DNA of 64,000 bases, from positions 87,918,001 to 87,982,000 of the forward strand of contig NC_045697.1 of assembly GCF_009834535.1 (NCBI RefSeq). Reading direction: 5' to 3'. Shown here piece by piece: positions 26,461 through 37,870 of this stretch. The notes beneath the pieces are model-generated. The model searched no databases, was not told the DNA's origin, and saw only the letters and a program-made list of their open reading frames with translations. The first letter of the stretch is position 1. Each line of letters begins with the position of its first letter. Source of the stretch: Camelus ferus (lineage: Eukaryota). The position numbers were made by a program, and so were the translations under genes.

Positions 26461-27228
26461 ATTTTATTTTTGGTGTTTTTCACGGAATTTTACTTGGTCC
26501 CAGGACAAAATGACCAAGGTGCAATGTGGATCTTGGTTCACAAACAATCAATGCTCTGAAATAGAAGTAGCTACTTACTGCTTTAATGCAGGGAATCAGG
26601 GTCTAAGAAAATATCTTCTTAGCCCATTCATAAGATGCCCCTCAAAGTCCTAAGTGGTTAGGTTTTGTTCTTCCTCCTTGCACAGTCAAACTGGAGGACA
26701 ATGACTGGTCTACATGAGTTGATTTTAACCTGTGGTCTTTTAAAGTACACTTCACAGAGTGGAATATAAGCTTCCATAGAGTGTCCACTTTTGGCTGCTT
26801 AGAGAAAACTTTAGTATGAATAAGCATTTGCATGGTAGGTTTTCTGCTGACCCCACTGTAGATATATGGTGACTTGTAGCTGTTAAACAAAATATTTAAT
26901 TTATTCCGCTATTTCAAATATATTCAGTATTTTCAAATAATTTAAGACATTATTTTCAGAAAGGGCATCCAAAAGTTTAAGCCAAAATTTATAAATTCTA
27001 ATTCAAAGTCTTAGAAAATAGATTAACTTGGCAAATTGCAAAGGCAAATTCCCTTTGAGATTGTAGGAGATATATACTGAGTTCAGTCTTTAAATGAAAA
27101 AAATGACACTGTGATGAAATAAAAATAACAATGAGAATAATAATAATATAATAGATTGAATTTTTGTAATAAGACATCTGATCAACCCAAGATTCAAATA
27201 TTCAAATTCTTCTTTAAGAAATTTTTAA

Positions 27229-28900
27229 TAGGAGGGTTCCCTTTTCTCCACAGCCTCTCCAGCATTTGTCATTTGTGGACTTTTGAACAATGGCCATTCT
27301 GGCTGGTGTGAGGTGATACCTCATCGTAGTTTTGATTTGCTTTTCTCTGATAATTAGTGATATTGAGCATTTTTTCATGTGCCTATTGATCATTTGTATT
27401 TCTTCCTTGGAGAAATGCTTGTTTAGGTCTTCTGCCCATGTTTGGATTGGGTTGTTTATTTTTTTCTTATTAAGTCATATGAGCTGTTTATATATTCTGG
27501 AGACCAAGCCTTTGTCGGTTTCATCATTTGCAAAAATTTTCTCCCATTCTGTAGTTTGTCATTTTGTTTTACTTATGGTTTCCTTTGCTGTGCATAAGCT
27601 TGTAAGTTTAATTAGGTCCCATTTGCTTATTCTTGTTTTTATTTCTATTGCTTGGGTAGATTGCCCTAGGAGAACATTTTTGAGAAGTATGTCAGATAAT
27701 GTTTTGCCTATCTTTTCTTTTAGGAGGTTTATTGTATCTTGTCTTATGTTGAAGTCTTTGATCCATTTTGAGTTTATTTTTGTGTATGGTGTAAGGGAGT
27801 GTTCTAGCTTCATTGTTTTACATGCTGCTGTCCAGTTTTCCCAACACCATTTGCTGAAGAGACTGTCTTTATTCCATTGTATATTCTTGCCTCCTTTGTC
27901 AAAGATGAGTTGACCAAAAGTTTGTGGGTTCATTTCTGGGCTCTCTATTCTGTTCCATTGGTCCATATGTCTGTTTTTGTATCAATACCATGCTGTCTTG
28001 ATGACTGTAGCTCTATAGTATTGTCTGAAGTCTGGGAGAGTTATTCCTCCAGCTTCTTACTTTTTCTTCACTAATGCTTTGGCTATTCTAGGTCTTTTGT
28101 GGTTCCATATAATTTTTATTATGATTTGTTCTAGTTCTGTGAAATATGTCCTGGGTAATTTGATAGGGATTGCATTAAATCTGTAGATTGCCTTGGGCAG
28201 TATGACCATTTTTACAATATTGATTCTTCTAATCCAGGAGCATGGGATATCTTTCCATTTTTTTAAGTCTTCTTTAATTTCCTTCATCAGTGGTTTATAG
28301 TTTTCTGTGTATAATTCTTTCACCTCCTTGGTTAGATTTATTCCTAGGTATTTTATTACTTTGGATGCTATTTTAAAGGGGATTGCTTCTTTACTTTCTT
28401 TTTCTGTTAATTCATCATTAGTGTAAAGAAATGCAACTGATTTTTGAACATTAATCTTGTAAACTGTTACCTTGCTTAATTCTTCAATTAGTTCTAGTAG
28501 TTTTTGTGTGAACCTTTTAGGGTTTTCTATATATAGTATCATGTCATCTGCATATAATGACACTTTTACCTCTTCTTTTCCAATTTGGATCACTTTTATT
28601 TCTCTCTCTTGCCTGATTGCTGTGGCTAGGATGTCCAAGACTATGACGAATAGGAGTGGTGATAGTGGGCAGCCTTTTCTTGTCCCAGATTTTAGTGGGA
28701 AGCTTTTGAGTTTTTCACCATTGAGTACTATGCTGGCTGTAGGTTTGTCACATATAGCTTTTATTATGTTGAGATATGTTCCCTGTATACCTACTTTGGT
28801 GAGAGTTTTTATCATAAATGGGTGTTGAATTTTATCAAATGCTTTTTCTGCATTTATTGATTGATAATGTGGTTTTGTCCTTTCTCTTGTTGATGTGATG
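27229..28900 (-). pseudogene. Young L1 ORF2 fragment (RT domain to C-terminal region), truncated at both ends
   Basis: ORFs 28815-28057 (252 aa; [29 protein letters not shown]) and 27966-27559 lie in one frame separated only by point stops; no 3'UTR or poly(A). Confidence 0.95.
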
Positions 28901-29760
28901 GTAACACTCTAGATCCTTGGAGTGAAAAAGAAATTGATTCTCTTTCAGAAATTATACTCTAGCAGAAGAGACATAATAAACAAATTCATACTTATAATAT
29001 TATGAAATTACCACACTGTTAGGAACAGTAAAGTAGGCCCAGGGATGGCGAGTAATGCTGGAAGAGGGTATTTCAGATGGGAAGGTTACGGAAGGCCTCT
29101 CTAAGGAAGGAACATTTCAGCAGAGGCCTGCAGGAAGTCAGAAAAGAAGCAACGGGAATGTTTAACAGAAGAGTGATTAACTACAGGAAAGAGAATTTCA
29201 AAAGCACTAACTTGGGGAAAAGTTGGCACACTTGAGAAACAAGAAGCTTTTAATATACTTAATGTTGACTGAGAAAAGGGGTAAATAAAGAAGAGACTGG
29301 AGGAATAGCCCTGGTGAAAGATTAAGACCTTATAAGCTATGGGAAAGTAACCCTTTTATTGAAGTGAGACAGAAGCCCCAGAATGTTTTGAGTAAAAAAG
29401 TCTAATATGAAATTTTAAATGATCCCTCTGTCATACGGAAGATTTACTGAAGGGTAGAGAGTAGGATAAAGGAGACCAATGAGGGAGTTCTTTTAGTAGC
29501 CTAGTAAGAAATGATGGATGTTTCTGATTAGAGCATATGATTATGAAGATATATCACTGATAACTCCTATATTTTATTTGATGGTATGCACTAAGATAGG
29601 GAAGTCTAGGACAAGAGCTTGTCTGAGAAGAGATTCAAAATTTTGAATTAAAACAGGTTTCGTGCTAGTACACGTATTACAATTAAAACAGGTTTTGTCC
29701 CGTTACATGTATTACAGAAACAGTAGAGATAAGAAGTGGATAAGGATGTATGGAACCTTC
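28901..29760 (-). mobile_element. L2 fragment
   Basis: ggaaggcctctctaaggaaggaacatttcagcagaggcctgcagg; ccttataagctatgggaaag; ggagaccaatgagggag. Confidence 0.75.
29646..29715 (+). repeat. 35-bp tandem duplication
   Basis: aattaaaacaggtttcgtgctagtacacgtattac / aattaaaacaggttttgtcccgttacatgtattac. Confidence 0.9.
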
Positions 29761-29948
29761 ATCCATTGTAAAGGATTCATTTAAATTATTAGGGAAAAGA
29801 TGCATTACTTACAATTCAGAAGAGCTTGCTAGTTAAAATTAAAGTATTATCTCTAACACATTTGTCATGACGAAGTAAATTATGGATCAAGCACACAAAC
29901 ATATAAAACCATAAAATACTTGAGAAAACATAGGTGATATTTTTAACC

Positions 29949-30320
29949 TGTGGTATATTGTCTGCAAAGAGGGCTGCTGATGATTCATCCCATGTCTCTA
30001 TTTTTGCACACTTCTGAAGCCACACAGAGATAGAATCTCCTTCTCCTCCCTTTGAATCTGGGTTGGCCATGTGAGTTTCTTTGGTTACAATAACAGGGCA
30101 GAATGAAGCTACGACTGTTCTGGATTTAAGTTTCTGATTTCTACCCTCTCGGTGTTCTGGGCATCATGTAAGAATACCAGTCACCTTGCAGGAGAGAATG
30201 GTCCTGCCAATACTCAAACATTCTAGCCACTCCATGAGGCAGCAGACATATGAATAAGACCATCTTGGATGTTCCAACCCCAACTGAGCTCCTAGTAGAA
30301 TGTAATCAAACAGTTCCATG
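29949..30320 (+). mobile_element. MLT1 (MaLR) LTR, partial
   Basis: tgtggtatattgtctgcaaagagggctgc...cctccctttgaatctgggttggccatgtgag...ataagaccatcttggatgttcca. Confidence 0.8.
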
Positions 30321-30329
30321 GAGTCAATG

Positions 30330-30642
30330 TGGAAGGGTTAATATGAATGCTGCACACACAGTGGACTTGGATTACAGTTTATGAACCCCAGCTTAGAGAA
30401 CTCAAATCTTTTATAATTAGCTGCAAGAAAATCTGTCCTCTTCTATAGAGGGAGATGTTATCTTTATGATTTTGGAGAATAAGTGAAACTTCCTTCTGCT
30501 TGGGAGAGTTTCAAATTTCTATTTCCAAATCTGTTTACTATACAAACATTCTTGAAAAAATAGTCTGGGACAAAATCAGCCAGTGTCTCTGTTCATAAGA
30601 TATGAGGCAACACAAAAGACCCATGAAGAATTACCTCCCAAC
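30330..30642 (-). mobile_element. LTR40-like ERVL LTR
   Basis: Reverse complement starts tgttgggaggtaattcttcatgggtctt and contains gactatttttttcaagaatgtttgtatagtaaacag. Confidence 0.7.
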
Positions 30643-30644
30643 AA

Positions 30645-30855
30645 ACTCAGGATATGGAACTAAACTGTCCCACCTGTCCCACCTCTGATACCTTCTCTCT
30701 CTCTGATCTTTTGTGAGTTTATGAATCTCTCTGTCCCTCAGTTCTTCATATGTGAAATAAATTTAATAACAGTAATAGTAAGAATTGAACTGGGCAAAGC
30801 ATAAGAACAGTGCCAGGATCAAACTAAGTGTTTAAAAATTATTATATTATAGCTA
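30645..30855 (+). mobile_element. MIR
   Basis: aatctctctgtccctcagttcttcatatgtgaaat; aagaacagtgccagg; attagctat. Confidence 0.7.
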
Positions 30856-30919
30856 TATAATGTAGCTACATTATAGCTGTAATTGTGATACACTTATGCA
30901 GTTGAATCCTGTTTATCCA

Positions 30920-31250
30920 TTATAGCATTACTATGGAATAATATCTAAGACTTATTTTATGTGAAAAAAAGCAAAGTGCAAAGCACTACAGAGCATACTA
31001 TCATTTGTGTAAAATAAAAATAACAAATAAATATATGTATACACCAGCAGACCCACATACAGAGAGGTGCTTATTGTATGTTCCTAGGCTGCCTCCAGAA
31101 GGATACTCAAGTACTGGTAATTGGATTGTCTCCAATGAGAAGAGTTCATGACTAGGTAAGAGGGTAGAAGGAAAACATATCTTTCTCTCTACACTCTTTA
31201 GTAACTTTTGAATATCATGTGACTGTATTAACTAATTCAAAAAAATTAAT
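30920..31250 (+). mobile_element. L1ME 3' end fragment
   Basis: gtgaaaaaaagcaaagtgcaaa...catttgtgtaaaa; ccagaaggatactcaag; ttttgaatatcatgtgactgtatta. Confidence 0.65.
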
Positions 31251-31404
31251 GATACTTGAAGTGAAAATGTGCCTGTTTATGAGGAAAACAATTATTTATA
31301 AGTTGAGATTTATGTTATTAAAATAGGTATATGATATTAAAACACTATTTTAATAATGCAGAGTTTTAAATTAGTTATATAAGTTTTGAATAAAGAAAAT
31401 CTCC

Positions 31405-32262
31405 ACATCAGGAAAATGCAAATCAAAACCATAATGAGATATCATCTCACACTTGTTAGAAAAGCTATTTTCAAAAAGACGTAACAAGTGTTGGCAAGGA
31501 TGTGGGGAAAAGAGAACCCTTGTGACTTTTGGTGGGAATGGTAAACTGGTGCAGCCATTATGGAAAACAACATGGAGGTTCCTCAAAAAACTACAAATAG
31601 AACTACCATATGATCCAGCAATCCCGCTTCTGGGTATATATCTGAAGGAAATGAAATTATTATCTTAATGAAACGTCTGCACTTCTCTACATAATATATA
31701 TATGTATATATATGTGTGTGTATATATATGTGGAATATAATTCAGCCATACAAAAAGAAGGAAATCCTGTCATTTGTGATAATATGAATGAAACTTGAGG
31801 GCATTATGCTAAGTGAGATAAGTCAGACAAGGAAGGACAAATACTGTATGATGTTGCTGGTATGTGTAATCTAAAAAAGCTGAACTCACACAAACAGAGA
31901 GTAGAATGGTGATTTCCAAGGGCTGAGGGGTCAGGGAAATGAGATGTCGGTCAAAGGTCAAAGCTTTCAGTTATAAGATGAATAAGTTCTGAGGATCTAA
32001 TATCTAATGGGGAGTATGGTGACTATAGCTAACAATACTATATTGTATATTTGAAATTTGCTATGATAGTTAATATTAAAAGTTCTCACAACAATAACAT
32101 CAACAACAAAAGGTAATTATGTTAGGTGATGGATGTGTCTTGTCAACTGACCTTATTATGGTAATCAGTTTGCAATATATATGTGTATCAAATCATCATA
32201 CTGTACATCTTAACCTTACACAATGTTATATTTTAATTATATCTCAATAAAGCCAGAAAAAA
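31405..32262 (+). mobile_element. L1MA-type 3' end
   Basis: ORF2 C-terminus ([36 protein letters not shown]); 3'UTR aagctttcagttataagatgaataagttct; ends tctcaataaagccagaaaaaa. Confidence 0.9.
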
Positions 32263-33249
32263 AGATGATCTTCAATATCAGTACAAGTAAAGAGTAGGAT
32301 CATAACGGATTCTTTGTTGGGTAGTTTTAAATTGGACGAATTTGGCTGAATTGATTCAGTGATTTGGGTTCTTGTGGATTTAACTCATCCTTTGAAATTT
32401 CAGTTTTGCCCTATTCCAGACGACAAAGTCCCTGTGCCAAACAAAACCAGAATCTTTTTTTAAGGCTTTATTGAATTTTATGTGCACTTGTGAAGGGCTA
32501 TGGTTTTTATCATCAAACCACAAAAAAAGCAGGATTAAGATATGCGGGCCTTCCAGTGATGGTGAAAACTTCACATTAACTAAGGATGAAAGGCTCAACA
32601 GAGCTGAGCAAGTTCAGATTAGGTTTGGCAAATTTATTGTTATTTTCCAGAAACCTAGCCAAGTATCACACGGGGGACTACCCATCCTCTCTTCCTCCAT
32701 CACCACATGTTTCCCTTTGCACCAATTGTGACATTAAGATTTTGGCAACTTTGCTCTGGATTTATGGGAATTGGAAAGAAGGCTAATAGGCAGCAAACTC
32801 TTGGGCTCTCTTTGTGGATATCCATTCCCAATGAAGTTCACATTTTGAAATATGCTATTGCTGATATCTGCCTCTTATATGAAATCTTTCCCTTAAAATG
32901 TCCCAGATTTTCTGTGATATGACTTGCTCTCAGAAAAATACTGTCATTGCGAGATTGCTGAGAACCCTTAATACTGATATAATACTTTCCCCTAAATGGC
33001 ATTGCTTGTTCTGAAATATTACAAAAATATATTTTGTTATAAATAAGTTTTCAACAGACCAAGTATCATCCACAGGTCAGTCTTCATCTACCATCCCACA
33101 TGGTGACATCTATAGATACTGGCATTTGAAAACTTGAGATTCAGATCTGGATTTTATTCCCTGTCCTGCTGTGCAAGCTTAGAAAATGACTTCACTTGTG
33201 TGAGCATCACTTCTAGAAGAAATAAGGCTTATAATAGAATACATATTCA

Positions 33250-33460
33250 TGTCAGAGACCTAGCTGGATGGAAAAAAATGGCACATTCAATAGGGTTGAT
33301 GAAAGAGAGTTTAACGGAAAGATTTATGGATGAGATTAAGGGAAACTAGCAAGGTAATGAAAAAGCCCAAGTCAGTGCCAGCAAGAATGCATTACTATCT
33401 TTACATCTCAATGGGTGAGAAAGGGAGTGGTTACCTGAAGTTTCAAGAACTACATAAGTA
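33250..33460 (-). mobile_element. LTR33-like ERVL LTR fragment
   Basis: gagagtttaacggaaag...ttaagggaaactagcaagg...cattactatc. Confidence 0.5.
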
Positions 33461-33559
33461 GATAAAGGCTGCCCAGTTATTGATGATCTTTCTGTTTTAC
33501 TTACTGCTCTTGCAACAATGTATTTTTTTAAATAATTCATGTCACTCTTTCTTTACCTG

Positions 33560-33830
33560 TTCTTACAGACCCATGTCTTCTAGTGGATATATTCCTGCCT
33601 TTGACATCAGGTTTCAGTATATGACTTGCTAATTAGCAACTTTAATAGCCAAGGTATGTATCTGCCAATTCTCTTTCCTTTCTGGCATATCCTAAGTAAG
33701 GGGTTGCTCCTTCAGCCTTGATTTGGAAGGAAGAGGTTAGGGAGTAGAGCCATATTTAACCCATGAAAGATATAAAATAGACAGAGACTAATCCTTTGTT
33801 GTTGTAATTTATCATTGCTGTTTCCTTAGT
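33560..33830 (+). mobile_element. MLT1 fragment
   Basis: tcaggtttcagtatatgacttgct; ttgctccttcagcct; aatcctttgttgttgtaa. Confidence 0.55.
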
Positions 33831-33899
33831 GTGACCTGCCTTATTCAGCTTATGAATTTAACAAATATTCTTAACAAAAATCTAAAGCTGATAAGCAGC

Positions 33900-34640
33900 T
33901 TTACTATCCTCCCAGATAACACAAGATACTGAGAATAGTTTATATGCTACTTTATTCTACCTTTTTTTAATCCTCAAAAGAGAAATGATTATTTCACATC
34001 ATCAATATTTGTTTAAATTTACCCACATATTTAACATTTTATCTTCTCACTATTCTATTTTTTTCCATCTTGTATTCTAGGTTTGTTCTCCTGCTTCCTC
34101 AAGTACATTATCTCAATTCCAGAGTCTAGAAGTTCCTTTGGAGAAGGTCTGTGGTAATAAACTCGCACTATTTTTGTTTCTTTGAATATGTCTTTATATC
34201 ACATTCATCTTAATAAATAATTCCACAGTACACATAATTCCAGTTGTACAGTTATCTTCTCTTGTACATTTAAAATGTTCCAAAGTGGGTTTTATTGTTA
34301 TTGTTGAGGAGTCACTCAGTTAGTGCAAATGTTGTTCCCAAGCAGCTGATTTCCTGTTTTTGCCCTGACTGCCTTTAAGTTCTATTCTTTGTTTCTCTTC
34401 TGATATTTGATTATAATATGTTTGGGTTCATTTTATGTATTGTGTTTGGAGTCATTGTATTTCCTGACTTTGAGGATACAAGCCTTTCACAATTTTTGGA
34501 AAATTTTCAATCATTAAGTCTAAATACTTTGCTTACCTAATCTTTTTAGTGTCTACTTCTGATACTCCAATAAGACATATATTGAACTTCTCACTCTCCA
34601 TTCCATCTCTTTTAACAGATACTTAAAATTTTTCTTATTT
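33900..34640 (-). mobile_element. Old L1 ORF1-region or HAL1 fragment
   Basis: gaaggtctgtggtaataaactc...tttgaatatgtctttat; ttgttgaggagtca; tttggaaaattttcaatcatta. Confidence 0.65.
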
Positions 34641-34874
34641 TAGAGGGAAAAGAGTAGTAAATTTTTCCTACTCATTTCCTAATCCTAATTACACAGAATG
34701 ATAGTCATAGATGATAAATCTGTCAGATCACAGCTATCTGAGTGAGGGGTTAGACATATCTTTTTACATTCAGAATTGGTTTATAAAATTACTTTTCTGA
34801 AATTATTTATAAAACTTTTAGATCTGATTAATCTACTCAAGAGAGAGTAAGCTCATTGCAAAAATTTCACAGGA

Positions 34875-36505
34875 ATAGCAAAGGAAACCATCAATAAAAC
34901 AAAAAGCAACCTACTGAATGGGAGAAAATATTTACAAAAATCATGTATCTGATAAGGAATTAATATCCAACATATATAAAGAACTTAAACAGCTCAATAG
35001 AAAAAAGGGGAAAAAAACCCAATCTGACTAAAAATGTGTAGAGGATCAGGAGATACAAATTACTATGCATAAAATAAATAAGCAACAAGGATATGCTGTA
35101 CAGCACAGGGAAATATAATCGTTACTTTGTAGTAACTTTAGATGGAGTATGATCTATTAAAAATATAGAATTACTATGTTGTACACCTGAAACTAATATA
35201 ATATTATAAATCAACTATATTTCAATTTTAAAAAGTAATTTATAATCTTCTGATTGTAAGACTGTCTAGTTGGTCTCTATAAAGATGCTAATAAGAATAT
35301 TACTTATTTTGAAACTTGTGGATCCTTCTGGAATAACATAAATTTTTCTGTCAGGTGTTAATGATTCAAATGAAACCCACTAGTTATACCCATCAAATCT
35401 TTAAATGGATTCTAGTATTCTTATGTTCACAGTTTGGACAATTAACTATTTGAAAATACTGTTTAATAGCACTTACCTCCCACTCCAATCTAGAAATGAT
35501 ACACAGTCATTTTAACAAAGGATTCTATACCAAAAAAAAAAAAAAAAAAAAATGGGCAGAAGATCTGAACAGACATTTTTCCAGGGAAGATGTACAGATG
35601 GCTAACAGGTACATGAAAAGATGTTCAATATCACTAATCATCAGGGAAACGGAAATCAAAATCACTTCATACCTGTCAGAATGACTATTATCAAAAATAT
35701 AAGAAATAGCAAGTGTTGGTGAGATGTGGAGAAAGGGGAACCTTTGCGCACTGTTGGTGGAAATGTAAATTACTGTAGCCACTATTGAAAACAGTATGGA
35801 GTTTCCTCAAAAAATTACAAATAAAACTACTATATGAACCAGAAATTCCACTTTGGGGTATTTGTCCAAAGAAAATGAAAACGTTAACTTGAAAAGATAT
35901 ATGCATCCCCATGTTCACTGCAGCATTACTTACAATAGGCAAGATATGGAAACAACCTAAGTGTCCAATGAAGAGTGAATGGATAAAGAAAAAACTCATA
36001 GAGTATACATACGGGGAATACTATTCAGCCATAAAAAAGAGTGAAATCTCACCATTTGTGACAAATGGATGGACCTTAAAAGCATCATGTTAAATAAGTC
36101 AGATAGAGAAAGACAAATACTGTATGATCTCGATAAAACAAAACAAAACAAACTCCAAACTGGGCTCACAGATACAGAGAACAGCTTGGGATTGCCAGAG
36201 GCTGGGGGTGAGGAGTGGGTGAAACAGGTTAAGGGAGTCAAAAAGATCCTAACTTCCAGTTATAAAATAAATACATCATGAGGATTTAATATACTACATG
36301 GCAACTATTGTTATTAATACTGCACTGCATATTTGAATGTTGTTGAGAGTAGATCTTAAAAGTTTTTATCACAAGAAAAACATTCTGTAACTATAGATGA
36401 TAACTAGACTTATTGTGCAGATCATTTCCAATATATGTAAATATCAAATCATTACGTTGTACACCTGAAATTAATAGTTTGTTAATTATATCTCAATTTT
36501 TAAAA
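34875..36505 (+). mobile_element. L1MA-type 3' end, interrupted by a nested insertion at 35048-35552
   Basis: ORF2 text (atagcaaaggaaaccatcaataaaac...) breaks at 35047 and resumes at 35553 (tgggcagaagatctgaacagacatt) through the 3'UTR. Confidence 0.9.
35048..35552 (+). mobile_element. Short L1 3' end + ~300 bp non-L1 sequence + A21 tail (probable 3' transduction)
   Basis: L1 3'UTR 35048-35235, unassigned sequence 35236-35531, A21 at 35532-35552; TSD aaaaatgtgtagaggatc (35030-35047) / aaaaatgggcagaagatc (35548-35565). Confidence 0.75.
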
Positions 36506-37289
36506 ATTCACAAGAATATTTGCCTTTAAATATTTTGATAAACCTAAATATTTGACATAACTTGTTTGCTATCTGTTAATTATGTCGTTTATAACTTCTG
36601 TATTTTGATCCATGTAATTTTTTGATTCTATATAATTTGTTTATTAGAAAAGAGTTTATGATTAAAAATTCTTAGTGTGAATATATTTAAAATTTTGTTT
36701 TCTTAATTTTAGAATTATCCATTTTTTATTAGAAAACACACACACACACAATACCGAATGGGGAGAATACCGAGAATGGCATATAGTTCTTTCTAAAGAG
36801 AAAATACACCTGGCTTTGAAAAGCCATAGAATAATATTTTTAACACATCAATTTATTCCTCTTAATAGAATAAATGTAATTTCTAAGTCATTTTTTTTCT
36901 AACATAAACAAAGTTTTGGAACAGACTAAAATTCATGCCTCAAAAGATAATTATTGAATAAATACCTGGAGAACTTTCTGACCATAATTTCAGTAATGGA
37001 AAATAATTTCAGGCCTGAACATTATATCAGTGATGAAGATTTACTTAGGGAAGTAAAGAATTTAAAGAGAGGAAACACATTTTCAAATGTATGAATTATT
37101 CCCTTTGAAGTTCAGGGCTTGACGAAGTTGATTTGGGATTTGACTGCTCAAAAGTAATGTAAAACCAATATGTGAGATGAAAGACATAAAAAATGTGACC
37201 TTCCTTATTCAAGGTACATTATATAGTCAAAGATAAGTTGCAAATGTTTATAGAATAATTTTAGTAAGTGGGAAACAGTAAAGCAATTA

Positions 37290-37560
37290 TGTAAAACTAA
37301 AAGAGTGTAGCATTTAAGAATCTAAGCTTTAAAATAACATTTCCTAGATTCAAATCTCTGGTTCCACCACAGCTAATTTTGGTTGACTTTGGGCAACTTT
37401 TCCTCTCTTTGCTTCAGTTTCTTGTGACTTGGAGATACTAGACTCTACCTCATATTATTTTTTAATAAACAGATTTATTCTAAAATGCTTAATACAGTGA
37501 CTGGCATGTAATAAGTGCTCAATGCATGTGAGATATTATTGCCATTTATTACTGCTATGA
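37290..37560 (+). mobile_element. MIR
   Basis: cctagattcaaatctctggttccacc...gactttgggcaact...cttcagtttc; cttaatacagtgactggcatgtaataagtgctcaat. Confidence 0.85.
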
Positions 37561-37739
37561 TTATAATGGTTAAAAAAACACTTTCATTACATTGTCTTAT
37601 TATCTTGCTCTTTTCTGAGGTTGATTATATATGCGTGTGTGTGTGTTAATTTTTACTAAATTGTGCTTCAGAAAAGTCAATAATTAGACTTATATTTTGA
37701 GGTCCAATTATAAACCAGTATTAAAAAGTCCATATCTCC

Positions 37740-37870
37740 TAGTGGTTAAGAAGTCAGCTGACTCTTAAAAGTAAACTACCACTTCCTATCTGTGTGACCT
37801 ATGGCAAGTTACTTAATCTCTGTGTCTACAGATGATTAGCTTCTAAAATAGACGCAGAAATTACATGGGT
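37740..37870 (+). mobile_element. MIR fragment
   Basis: taccacttcctatctgtgtgacctatggcaagttacttaatctctgtg. Confidence 0.75.

Noticed and set aside
27332..28828. Hydrophobic plus-strand ORFs of 193 and 118 aa
   Set aside because: Antisense shadows of L1 ORF2, a common source of false membrane-protein annotations.
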